Positions 1 to 9,094 of a DNA stretch of 64,000 nt are shown piece by piece. This stretch comes from Gemmatimonas sp. (lineage in GTDB: Bacteria; Gemmatimonadota; Gemmatimonadetes; Gemmatimonadales; Gemmatimonadaceae). The first letter of the stretch is position 1. Each line of letters begins with the position of its first letter. Made by a program: the position numbers and the translations under genes. The DNA lies in the NCBI GenBank assembly GCA_031414535.1, contig JANNVQ010000038.1, positions 1 through 64,000 of the forward strand, in the 5' to 3' direction. The notes under the pieces were generated by a model. That model was not told the DNA's origin. It worked only from the letters and a program-made list of their open reading frames with translations, and searched no databases.

Positions 1-123
1 CACCCCGGCCTATTGCCGTATTTGTATGTACCCTCCGGGTTGTCCCCCGCCCCGGCAAACCAAACAAAACAACCGGGGCCCTATACGCCCCGCCCCACGT
101 TCCTACAATCGCGCGAGGCGCAA

Positions 124-489
124 TTAGTTGCAGATCGGCTCGCCGTCGCGTGCGCCAGAACCGACGGTGATCGTGCAGGTACGCGTGGTGCCGCCGGCGT
201 ACGAAGCGACTGCGGTGAACGTGCCCGAGCCAACGCTGCCAACCGCCACAGTCACGCCAGACGAAGGCTGGTACTGGGCGGTGGTCAGGGCCGTGGTGTA
301 GGCCGAGTTGTCAGCGAAATACGCTTCCTGTGCCGTCACGAGGTTGCGGAGGTCGGCCTTCATCGTGGCGATGTACGCCTTTTCCTTCGTGTTGGCGAAC
401 TTCGGGATCGCGATGGCGGCAAGAATGCCGATGATGACGACCACGATCAACAGCTCAATCAGGGTAAAGCCCTTCTTGTTTGACAACAT
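124..489 (-). CDS. pilA: Type IVa major pilin (prepilin, 121 aa)
   Basis: MLSNKKG|FTLIELLIVVVIIGILAAIAIP class III signal with E5; C-terminal Cys pair; start reassigned to ATG 489 with a purine-rich RBS (GAGAGA) upstream. Confidence 0.93.
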   Translation of the reverse strand: MLSNKKGFTLIELLIVVVIIGILAAIAIPKFANTKEKAYIATMKADLRNLVTAQEAYFADNSAYTTALTTAQYQPSSGVTVAVGSVGSGTFTAVASYAGGTTRTCTITVGSGARDGEPICN

Positions 490-558
490 TCTGAATCTCT
501 CTGAATAGGGTGGGTGGGGCGAAACAGCTGAATCCATCAGCGTCACAATAGCATCTTT

Positions 559-574
559 TGCAAGAACTGCGCCA
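559..574 (-). promoter_or_regulatory. sigma54 (-24/-12) promoter of the pilin gene
   Basis: Minus strand TGGCGCAGTTCTTGCA matches TGGCAC-N5-TTGCW with exact GG-N10-GC spacing, about 70 nt before the pilin ATG; PilR-type activator encoded in the same locus. Confidence 0.85.
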
Positions 575-613
575 CTCTTGCTTTGACTCCATAACCTCTT
601 ATTCGATAACGCT

Positions 614-2434
614 TTACATATATCCGTCGGGATCGCTTGAGCCCGGTTCGATTGCAGATTGCGCCGAAGATTGCGTACCCCGCCTCGAAGGTACCTCGCG
701 GAAAACGTCAATGCGGAGCGGCCGGCCGCTTCGCTCAAACGGGCGACCCGAGCGCCAGAAGCGGTTTCGGGCATCCACGGAGTCCATCGCCACGAGCACA
801 GACTCGGCCACAGTCCGAAGGTTTGTCAGGCGGGGTTCACGCCAGCCGGAGGAATTGCCAATCAAGGCCAGGCTGCGCGCCGCCTCAAACCGCTGGAGGT
901 CCAAGAGACAAATCACGGTCCCGACCACCGCCGTCTGGGAATCCGGGTCGTCGCGCACGGCCGACTCAAAAAGTGGCAGGGCGCGGCCGCATTGGCGCTG
1001 GATTTGAAGCACCTGCCCGTACGCAAGGCGAGCCGGCACGTGCTCGGGGTACAGCGACAGCGCGCGCTGGAACAGCGTGTCCGCGACGTCGGGACGCCCG
1101 CCCAGCGCATTGAACTCGGCGAGCGCAAAGTGCGCGCGAAAATTGTTGGGTGATTCCACGGCAAGCACGCTGAACAAGGTGGGATTGTCGGCCCACGTCG
1201 GCGTGCGCGAGATGCTCCGCACGAGTCCCAACCCGACAACCGCAAGCATCAACGCCAAGGCAACGCCGCGGCGCGACTCCGTCCACTCCACCGCGGTATT
1301 CGCCAACCACAGCGCCAGGCAGGACGCGGCGACGCTCGGCAAGAAGAGGGTGCGCTCCGCGATGAGCACACCAATCGGGAACAGGATGTTCGCCACCGGC
1401 AGATAGGTGATGGCGAACCACGCCAATCCTAGAGCGATCAGCGGCACCCGACGGCGCCACGCGACGATGGCGACCACCACCAGCGCGAGGAGCAGGATGA
1501 TGCCCGGCACATGCCCCCAAGAAAGTTCGGGCAGGAGCGGCGTCTGTTGCGGCGAATAGTCGGCGTACAGTCGCGCGGGCCAGAGCATAAGACGCGTGAT
1601 CTCGGGCACGAGGGCGAGCATTACGAACCAGCGCTGGGGCGCGCTCAGAAAACGCAGGCCCCAGAACGGCTCATCCCCGGTGACTGCGCCCAGGATCTGC
1701 ATACGTATTAGGAGATACAAGGCGGCGATGACGCCAAGCCCCAACACCAGCAGACGCGTGCGCCGCCGTGCGATGGGCGTGCGGTCCGCACCAGCAGGCA
1801 GAGCCAAGAGCTCGAGTGCGGCCAGGAGAGCCGGCAAGACGATGCCGTGCTCCTTGATGAACAGCGAGACGCCGAAGATGAGTGCGATGGGTATGGCAGT
1901 CGCCCAGCCGATTGCGCCGCGTCTGCGTGCGCGCAGGAAAAGCGCCACCGACCCAAAGATTGCACAGGCCACCCATAGCTCAGCTTGGCCCACGACGTTG
2001 GCCACGGCCTCCACATGGACAGGATGTACCGCGAAAACGGCCGCTCCGAAGAGCGCGGGCCCTGCCGGCGCCAGGTTGCGCAACACCAGCAACAGGAGCA
2101 CACAGGCTGCCGTGTAGAGCGCGGCGTTCACCGCGTGGTAAATCAGTGCCGAACCGCCGCCAATCTTCCATTGCACCGCGTAGGCCCACACCGCGAGCGG
2201 GCGGTACAGGGCCGCGTGCCCTCGAGCAGGCCCCCAATAGGTCTCGCGGAAATACTGTGGCAACGGTTGGAGGCTGTTCACCGCGGGATTGTCGCGAACA
2301 ATGAAGATATCATCGTAGGCAAAGCCGTTACGCAGGCCTAATCCGGAAGCGGAAAAGGCGATGATCGCAACGATGACGGCTGCCAAAGCCGCGGAGTGCT
2401 TGCTCCACCAGGTAGGCAGCGCCGCGGAACTCAT
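614..2434 (-). CDS. TMTC-like GT-C membrane glycosyltransferase (DUF1736 type) with C-terminal TPRs
   Basis: Motifs FAYDD..I..N, YRPL, HPVHVEAVANVVG, KEHGI, IAERTLFLPS; many TM segments then TPR-like repeats. Confidence 0.8.
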   Translation of the reverse strand: MSSAALPTWWSKHSAALAAVIVAIIAFSASGLGLRNGFAYDDIFIVRDNPAVNSLQPLPQYFRETYWGPARGHAALYRPLAVWAYAVQWKIGGGSALIYHAVNAALYTAACVLLLLVLRNLAPAGPALFGAAVFAVHPVHVEAVANVVGQAELWVACAIFGSVALFLRARRRGAIGWATAIPIALIFGVSLFIKEHGIVLPALLAALELLALPAGADRTPIARRRTRLLVLGLGVIAALYLLIRMQILGAVTGDEPFWGLRFLSAPQRWFVMLALVPEITRLMLWPARLYADYSPQQTPLLPELSWGHVPGIILLLALVVVAIVAWRRRVPLIALGLAWFAITYLPVANILFPIGVLIAERTLFLPSVAASCLALWLANTAVEWTESRRGVALALMLAVVGLGLVRSISRTPTWADNPTLFSVLAVESPNNFRAHFALAEFNALGGRPDVADTLFQRALSLYPEHVPARLAYGQVLQIQRQCGRALPLFESAVRDDPDSQTAVVGTVICLLDLQRFEAARSLALIGNSSGWREPRLTNLRTVAESVLVAMDSVDARNRFWRSGRPFERSGRPLRIDVFREVPSRRGTQSSAQSAIEPGSSDPDGYM

Positions 2435-3180
2435 CGGAGGTTAAACCGCAGGATATGCCAAATGGCGGCCACGCCGTCCTTCCAGCCGATCTTCTTGCCC
2501 TCTGCGTAGGTGCGTCCAGAGTAGGAAATTGGCACCTCGAAAATGCGAACGTTGGCCTTGGACAATGCAGCCGTGACCTCAGGCTCAAAGCCAAAGCGGT
2601 CTGACGTGAGGTGCAGCGAGCGCGCGACGTCCCCACGGATGGCCTTGTAGCACGTCTCCATATCCGTGAGGTTCAGGTTCGTCATCATGTTGCTGAATGT
2701 GGTCAGCACGAAGTTGCCGACCGAGTGCCAGAAGTAGAGTACGCGGTGCGGTCCACCGAGGAAGCGCGAGCCGAACACAGCGTCGGCGCGTCCGTCCATG
2801 ATTGGCTCCAGCATCGCCGGCCAATCCGCGGGGTCGTACTCGAGGTCCGCGTCCTGCACGATGACGACGTTGCCTGTGCTGGCGGCGAGCGCCGTACGAA
2901 TGGCTGCGCCCTTCCCTCGGTTGTGCGGGTGCAGAAGCAGCAGGTCAATGCGGCCGGCCGCGTGCAGGCGCTGCAACTCCTCGCGCGTCCCATCCGTGGA
3001 GTAATCATCCACGCAAATCACCTGCTTGCGCACCGGCACCGCCTGCACGGCGTCGAGGATGGTGTGGATGGTGTTCCGCTCGTTGTAGACCGGAATAAGG
3101 ACCGAGAGCACGAGGTCCGCGGCTGGGAGCGGCGTGCGCCCGCGGATGCGCGTGACGCTGTTTGGTGTGGGATGCGTCAT
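2431..3180 (-). CDS. GT2 glycosyltransferase, DPM1/polyprenol-phosphate sugar synthase-like
   Basis: LIPVYNE, VDDYSTDGT, NRGKGAA, QDADLEYDP, GSRF, TDMETCYK motifs. Confidence 0.88.
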   Translation of the reverse strand: MTHPTPNSVTRIRGRTPLPAADLVLSVLIPVYNERNTIHTILDAVQAVPVRKQVICVDDYSTDGTREELQRLHAAGRIDLLLLHPHNRGKGAAIRTALAASTGNVVIVQDADLEYDPADWPAMLEPIMDGRADAVFGSRFLGGPHRVLYFWHSVGNFVLTTFSNMMTNLNLTDMETCYKAIRGDVARSLHLTSDRFGFEPEVTAALSKANVRIFEVPISYSGRTYAEGKKIGWKDGVAAIWHILRFNLR

Positions 3181-4751
3181 TGAGAAACGGAGATGAAGGA
3201 GCGGACCTTCTGGTCGGCAGGCGAGATATCCATAAAGCGGCGCGTGGAATCCAACTTAGCCTGCAGCAATGCCAGCAGATGAGGACCCTGGGGCATCATC
3301 ACGTAGGCATCCGGCGTGAAGCGCCGATCAATGGCCTCAAGGAAGGCGGCGCTCTGTTGCGTGGTTTTCTTCTCGAGGTGGTCACGTACGACCAGCATCT
3401 CGACGGGAATCACTTGCAGGCCGGTATACAAGGCAACCATCGGCGCGGCCTCGGTGCCAATGACCTTGCCTCGCAGCCGCGGCTCGCCGTTGACGTAGCG
3501 GACGATGACTTCGACGCGCGACGACATCTCGTGCGAGGCGCTGTTGGACCAGCCGCGCCACATACCTCGGACGTTGTACGCGGTGTAGCCAAGCACGAGC
3601 AGGCTCGCGCTGGCGAGCGCCGCCGCGGCAACGCGCGGCAGCCCACGCGCACGCAGCGCAGCCTGCGTCACGCGCAGACCATCGAGGGCGAACAGCAGCA
3701 AGAGCGGCCACACCGCCCAGATGAAACGATCAACCTGAAAGGGCCAGACTAGCACAATGCCCAAGTATCCGATCATCCCGAGCGTCAGAATGCGCGTCGC
3801 CGGCCGCCGCAGAGATCCCGCGATTCCGGCAGCGGTGGCGAGCAGGGCGAGCGCCGTTGCCAGCGGCCGCAGTGGCGTGTCGGCAAGGCGAGGCGTCAGA
3901 ATCGCACCGACAAAGCGCCAAGTGTCAGTGACGTTCTTCAAGACGACCGCTTGAAGAAAGGGGAGACCGCCCTCGCGATATCCGTCGGCAAGCCATTCGA
4001 GGTAGGGACCATACGAGCCGCGGAGCTCATCCGGGAAGCCGGGCGAGTGCTTCCACACGAAGTATTGCCAGGGCGCGAGCAATGCGATGACGACCACAGA
4101 GTAGATGACAAGCTCGCGCCAGCGGCGATCCAGCAAGAGCACCAGTCCGGTCCCCGCCACGAATGCGCCGGCGATGGTGCGCGTGAGGACCAGCACTCCC
4201 GCCAATGCGCCTGCGGCCACTGCCAAGCGCCACCCGCCCTCGGCATGCAGCCGACTCGCTCCGTAGATCGCGGGAAAGAACAGGGCGATGAATATGGGCT
4301 CGGACAGCAGCACGTTCGTGAGTACGTGCATCGGAACGCTCAGCGTGGCGGCGAGTATCGCCAGCGCGGCAGCCCAAGCCGGAAGTCCGAAGAGCCGTCG
4401 CGCCACGACCGTACCACCGGCGGCGGCAAGTGCAAGCATCAGCGGATTGATGGCCTTCAACAATCCGAGGTTGTTGGGGAACGCGGGCCCCAGCTTCCAT
4501 ACGAGGGCCAAGAGTCCCGGCCAGACCGGTGGGTAGTGAATGGCCGGCGGCATCCCCGGCAGCTGCGGGTACACGTAGCCATGACCTTCGGCGATTCCCT
4601 TCGCGACCAAGACGTAAATCGCGTCATCGAAGAACACGCCGATGAGGTCAGGCGTCATCGTGGCAAGGCCGACAACCAGCGTCAGCAAGCCAGCGATGGC
4701 CGCCGCCCTCCGCTCGCTCAGGCCGGTGAGTGCCCCTTGCCACTTATTCAC
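3177..4751 (-). CDS. GT-C fold integral membrane glycosyltransferase (PMT/ArnT-like)
   Basis: FFDDAIY acidic pair after TM1, HYPP motif, LSEP, more than 10 TM helices, soluble C-terminal domain. Confidence 0.7.
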   Translation of the reverse strand: MNKWQGALTGLSERRAAAIAGLLTLVVGLATMTPDLIGVFFDDAIYVLVAKGIAEGHGYVYPQLPGMPPAIHYPPVWPGLLALVWKLGPAFPNNLGLLKAINPLMLALAAAGGTVVARRLFGLPAWAAALAILAATLSVPMHVLTNVLLSEPIFIALFFPAIYGASRLHAEGGWRLAVAAGALAGVLVLTRTIAGAFVAGTGLVLLLDRRWRELVIYSVVVIALLAPWQYFVWKHSPGFPDELRGSYGPYLEWLADGYREGGLPFLQAVVLKNVTDTWRFVGAILTPRLADTPLRPLATALALLATAAGIAGSLRRPATRILTLGMIGYLGIVLVWPFQVDRFIWAVWPLLLLFALDGLRVTQAALRARGLPRVAAAALASASLLVLGYTAYNVRGMWRGWSNSASHEMSSRVEVIVRYVNGEPRLRGKVIGTEAAPMVALYTGLQVIPVEMLVVRDHLEKKTTQQSAAFLEAIDRRFTPDAYVMMPQGPHLLALLQAKLDSTRRFMDISPADQKVRSFISVSQ

Positions 4752-6124
4752 GCATCAACCCCATAACGGGCCAACTTGCGGTGCAAGGTCGAGGGGTCGA
4801 TGCCCAACACTTCGGCGGCGCGGGTCTTATTCCCCTGCTCGCTCTGCAATACCCACTGGATGTAGGCGCGTTCAATCACTTCAAGCGTAGGGTTGGCCGC
4901 CACACGCTCGGCAATCAACGGCTCACTGCGCCGCTCCGTGATGCGCTCCGGCAGTGCGCTCAGACTGACCACTGGGCCGTGGCTAAGGATGAGCGCTCGC
5001 TCGAGCGCGTTCTCCAGTTCGCGCACATTGCCGGGCCAGTTGTAATTCAGCAAGGCATCCGCGGCCTCGTCCGAGAGCGACTTGGGCGCCTCACCACGCA
5101 GTGCGGCACCACTGCTCAAGAACGATTCCGCGAGCAGGGGAATATCCTCACGGCGCTCGCGCAGTGGCGGCAAGTGAATGGCGATGACGTTGAGGCGATA
5201 AAACAGATCGCGACGGAAGCCGCCGCGCTTGATCTCTTCTTCGAGGTCGCGGTTGGTGGCGGCGATGATGCGGGTGTCGATGGCCTGCGGATCTGTGGCG
5301 CCCACCGGAATGACTTCGCGATGCTGCAGCACGCGCAGCAGCTTCACCTGAGTGGCCGGCGTGGTCTCACCGATTTCGTCGAGGAAGAAGGTACCCCCCG
5401 CAGCAGCGGTGAAGAGTCCGTCCTTATCGCGGACTGCACCAGTGAAGGACCCTTTCACGTGGCCGAACAGTTCGCTCTCGAGCAGTCCCTCGGGGAGCGC
5501 GCCACAGTTGATAGTGGCGAACGAGGCGTCAGCGCGGGGCGACAGTTCGTGGATGTAGCGGGCCACGACTTCCTTGCCCGTGCCGGACTCTCCGGTGATG
5601 AGCACCGTGGACTCGGTGTGGGCCACGGCTTCGGCGAGGTTCAGTGCATCCAACCAGGCCCGATGCGCGCCAACCGGAGCGCCAGCACCGCGGCGCTCAC
5701 GACGACGAATCTCCTTCTTGAGTGACTTGTTCTCCAGCCGCAGGGCGCGGTGTTCGGCGGCCCGTTTGAGGATGGCCACGAGTTCGTCATTACGGAACGG
5801 CTTTTGGATGTAATAGAAGGCCCCCGCATTCACGGCCTGCATTGCCGTCTGCAGGGTCGCCTGCGCCGTCATCAGGATTACCGGAACTTCAGCGTCGTGT
5901 TCGCGCGCGGCGTTGAGCACTTCCACGCCACCCACGCCAGGCATACGCACATCTGAGATGATGATGTCTGGCGTGAGCTGCGGAATCTTTTCTAGCGCGG
6001 CCCGTCCTCCGTGCGCCGTGTGTACGTCAAAGCCCTCGGCGCGAAGCAAAATCTCCAGTGTTTGGAGAATACCGGACTCATCATCCACAACGAGGACAGT
6101 GGGACGGCGTTCGGTCTCGGTCAC
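4748..6124 (-). CDS. pilR: sigma54-dependent response regulator (PilR/NtrC family)
   Basis: Receiver domain (VVDDE, SDVRMP), AAA+ GESGTGKE, GSFTGA, FFLDEIGE, WPGNVREL, C-terminal Fis-type HTH. Confidence 0.88.
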   Translation of the reverse strand: MTETERRPTVLVVDDESGILQTLEILLRAEGFDVHTAHGGRAALEKIPQLTPDIIISDVRMPGVGGVEVLNAAREHDAEVPVILMTAQATLQTAMQAVNAGAFYYIQKPFRNDELVAILKRAAEHRALRLENKSLKKEIRRRERRGAGAPVGAHRAWLDALNLAEAVAHTESTVLITGESGTGKEVVARYIHELSPRADASFATINCGALPEGLLESELFGHVKGSFTGAVRDKDGLFTAAAGGTFFLDEIGETTPATQVKLLRVLQHREVIPVGATDPQAIDTRIIAATNRDLEEEIKRGGFRRDLFYRLNVIAIHLPPLRERREDIPLLAESFLSSGAALRGEAPKSLSDEAADALLNYNWPGNVRELENALERALILSHGPVVSLSALPERITERRSEPLIAERVAANPTLEVIERAYIQWVLQSEQGNKTRAAEVLGIDPSTLHRKLARYGVDA

Positions 6125-7800
6125 GTGGCAACTCCGGAGGGCGCACCCTCGGTCGGCAGATAAACAGTGAAGTGTGTTCCATCTTGGTCGCTATCCACGA
6201 GGATGACGCCTCGGTGCGCCTCGATGGCGCGGTGGACAACGGCAAGGCCGAGTCCGCTGCCACCGGGCTTGCTGGTCGCGAATGGTTCGAAGAGTCGGTC
6301 CTGCATATCCGGCGGAATGCCTTCTCCACGGTCACGTACGTCGATGACGAAGGCGTCTGAATGAAACGGGAGTCCGGTTGGGCATTCCGACGCCGCGAGG
6401 CGCCGAAGCGTGACGTCCACTTCTCCCGTCTCACCGGACGCCTGGCAAGCGTTTAGAACCAGGTTGAAGACCGCGCGGTGCAGCAGGTCTTCGTCGCCGG
6501 CCAGCGTGGCTGGATTGTCGGGCAGTAGTAGCTTCACCGTCACGGCCGCACCCCGGTCAGGGTGTGCGCCGGCAAGCGTGGTCGCGGCCCGAACGATATC
6601 CCGCAAATCGAGTTCGTCCCGCCGTGCTGCTTGTACGCGCGCAAAATCCAAGAACTCCGACAGCAAACGGGAAAGACGGTCTGTCTCTCGCGTGATCAGA
6701 TCGCCAAGCACTCGCTCGTCGGCGGTGGCGGCTTGGCGACGCGAGATCTGCTCCACGGCCGAGCGAATGCTCGCGAGCGGGTTCTTGATCTCGTGGGCCA
6801 GCGAGGCCGAGAGTTCGGCGACGGCCTCGAGCCGCTGGGCTCGCAAGCGCAGCGCTTCCAAACGCTTCTCATCAGAGATGTCCTGCACGATGACGGTCGT
6901 GGCACCGCCGACTGGACGTAGGTCGCCCGTCACGGACGTGGTGGTAATGCCCAATGGCATGACGCGACCCGCGTGCATGAGCGTGCCCTCCGACCGGGCG
7001 CTCGTCCGCTGTTCACCGATATGCGAGTCGATAGCTGCGGCCACGATTGGTGCCGAGGTCCGCAATCGCTCAAGGATCGGTGCGCCAGACAGCGTGTCGA
7101 AGGGCACACCCAACATCTGGCTCGCCGCTGGGTTGGCATAGAGCAGACGGCCCAGATCATCCACCGTGATGATGCCCGCCCGGATGTTGGCGAGGATGTC
7201 TGCAGCGCGGAGGCGAGCGCTGGCCAATTCCGCCTGCAGCTGCTCGCGCCCCAATCCGGCTTCCTGCAGTCGGGCGGCGATGTAGCTGGTGCCAATCACC
7301 ACGAGCACGAACACCACGAGCTGCAGCAGCAGCGGCACGGTGATGTCGCCGCCGCTCACCAAGAAGGCATCGCCCACATAGAGCACACTGCCCAGCATGG
7401 CCAGCAGCAGGGAGCTGCCGATGGGCAGGAGCAGGGCGGCGGTGGCGTTGACGAGGATGTAGAGCGCGGCAAATTGGGAATTACCGCCGCCGCTCAGGTG
7501 CACGATGACCGTGATGAGCAGCAGGTCGTGCACGAACTGCAGATAGAGGAAGCCAGGGCCCGCCTTCTGCCGGTTTACCTCGGTCCGGATGTACGAAACA
7601 GCCGTAAGCGCCATGGCCACCACGAAGGCCGAGGCCGCGATGACGGTGCTGACCGGGTTCGCGAAGAGGGCGAAGACCAGGGCCCACACGAAGTTGGCAC
7701 TCGCCGCAACGAGGCGGCCGACATAAATACCATTGAGCAGACGGCGGGAATCGAGCACCGCCAGCATTCGCTCAGATGTCCCCCCTCGCTCGACGCTCAC
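6121..7800 (-). CDS. pilS: Sensor histidine kinase, PilS-like (TM + PAS + HisKA + HATPase)
   Basis: About 6 TM helices, PAS-like segment, LAHEIKNPL, NLVLNA, DRGEG, FEPF, GSGLGL; overlaps the pilR start. Confidence 0.85.
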   Translation of the reverse strand: MSVERGGTSERMLAVLDSRRLLNGIYVGRLVAASANFVWALVFALFANPVSTVIAASAFVVAMALTAVSYIRTEVNRQKAGPGFLYLQFVHDLLLITVIVHLSGGGNSQFAALYILVNATAALLLPIGSSLLLAMLGSVLYVGDAFLVSGGDITVPLLLQLVVFVLVVIGTSYIAARLQEAGLGREQLQAELASARLRAADILANIRAGIITVDDLGRLLYANPAASQMLGVPFDTLSGAPILERLRTSAPIVAAAIDSHIGEQRTSARSEGTLMHAGRVMPLGITTTSVTGDLRPVGGATTVIVQDISDEKRLEALRLRAQRLEAVAELSASLAHEIKNPLASIRSAVEQISRRQAATADERVLGDLITRETDRLSRLLSEFLDFARVQAARRDELDLRDIVRAATTLAGAHPDRGAAVTVKLLLPDNPATLAGDEDLLHRAVFNLVLNACQASGETGEVDVTLRRLAASECPTGLPFHSDAFVIDVRDRGEGIPPDMQDRLFEPFATSKPGGSGLGLAVVHRAIEAHRGVILVDSDQDGTHFTVYLPTEGAPSGVAT

Positions 7801-7878
7801 AGGATCTCCGAGTGTTGCAATTCACAACGACTTTAAGGTGACGAACGCTGTGGCAATTTGCAACACAAGGCCCTTGTA

Positions 7879-8331
7879 ATGGCTCCCCGTGAAATCTGGG
7901 ACGAGGAAGGCCGCCTTCTCGTGAACGGCCGGGTACGCATCCCCGCTGCCGAACTCGCGGTGAAGGCCACACGCTCGGGGGGACCGGGGGGGCAGCACGT
8001 GAACACCAGCTCCACCCGAGTCGAGGTGGTGTGGGTCATGCGCACATCCAACGCCTTGTCCGACACGCAGCGCACGCTGCTCGAGACCAACCTCGCGCCC
8101 AAACTCGACGCCAGTGGCGCGGTGCGCGTGGTGGCCGCTGATACGCGCAGCCAGTCCCAGAATCGCCTTCTCGCGCTCTCGCGCCTGGCCAACCTGGTTC
8201 GGGAAGCCTTGGTGGTGCCGAAGACCCGTCGCGCCACCGCACCGAGCCGGGGGCAGAAGCAACAGCGGCTCAACGAAAAAAAACGGCGGTCACACGTGAA
8301 GCGTGACCGCCGCCATAAAGACGACGAGTAG
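7879..8331 (+). CDS. arfB: Alternative ribosome-rescue peptidyl-tRNA hydrolase ArfB
   Basis: RSGGPGGQHVN motif, RSQ..NR, basic C-terminal tail. Confidence 0.92.
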   Translation: MAPREIWDEEGRLLVNGRVRIPAAELAVKATRSGGPGGQHVNTSSTRVEVVWVMRTSNALSDTQRTLLETNLAPKLDASGAVRVVAADTRSQSQNRLLALSRLANLVREALVVPKTRRATAPSRGQKQQRLNEKKRRSHVKRDRRHKDDE

Positions 8332-8363
8332 TCGGCGGGCGCGACGCGCGCGTCAGCGGTGAG

Positions 8364-9062
8364 CTACTTGGCGCGGTTCCCGCCAAACTTAATCGTCACG
8401 CCAAACGTGATGGTGAGCAGGTCTGCCCGCGTCTCATTCGTGCTGATGACAATATTGCCCAGCGCATCTTCGCTAATGTCGCCTGGCGTGAGGTAGCGGA
8501 CGGACTCGCCATTCCAGGTGTAGCGCGCGCCGATGTCAACGAGCACGTCGCCGTTTTTCATCGGGAAATAGAAGCCGGCGAGGGCGTGCTTGGAAAACGC
8601 GTTGTCCGACAGGTTCGTGCTGCTGGCGAATGGCTCATCCTGCGAATTCTCCCCCGCCACGCGCGAGGACGTGCTGAAATTGGAGAATCCAATGAGGCCA
8701 CCGATGTATGGCTTGGCGCGATCGCTAGGCAAGCCGATCTGAGCGCCGATGTTGCCACCGATAATCGCATTGGTGGTGGTGACATCCACATTGATGAGCC
8801 CCAAGGCGCCCCCGCCCAGCGGGACCCGGCGCGTCTCGTTGCCATAAATCTGAAAGTCGAGCCCAGCGCGGATGCCGAACTCCGACGCGATGGGGAAGAT
8901 GCCGGCAAACCCAAATCCACCGGCGACGCTGACGTTCTCCTTGAATTCTCCCTGCGGCAGTCCAATCTGCAGGTTGATGGGGATGCCACCTTGGGCGACG
9001 AGCGGCCCCAGCGGGAGCAGAAGGACGGCGAGGGCGATGAAAGTGGAACGAAGCGCGCGCAT
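8364..9062 (-). CDS. Outer-membrane beta-barrel protein (OmpA/OmpW-like)
   Basis: Signal peptide, alternating amphipathic strands, terminal GVTIKF strand. Confidence 0.65.
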   Translation of the reverse strand: MRALRSTFIALAVLLLPLGPLVAQGGIPINLQIGLPQGEFKENVSVAGGFGFAGIFPIASEFGIRAGLDFQIYGNETRRVPLGGGALGLINVDVTTTNAIIGGNIGAQIGLPSDRAKPYIGGLIGFSNFSTSSRVAGENSQDEPFASSTNLSDNAFSKHALAGFYFPMKNGDVLVDIGARYTWNGESVRYLTPGDISEDALGNIVISTNETRADLLTITFGVTIKFGGNRAK

Positions 9063-9094
9063 ACAAAGATGTGAGAGGGTGGTGTGCCGCAGTC

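Noticed and set aside
60..100. Terminator for the pilin gene
   Set aside because: Only a 5-bp stem followed by a mixed G/U tract; too weak to call.
124..468. Electrically conductive 'e-pilin' call
   Set aside because: Aromatic content is only about 8%, Y27 is missing, and pilin-based conductivity is itself disputed.
490..774. 95-aa N-terminal extension of the pilin ORF in the track
   Set aside because: It overlaps the TMTC-like gene and the sigma54 promoter; the prepilin leader and RBS point to ATG 489.
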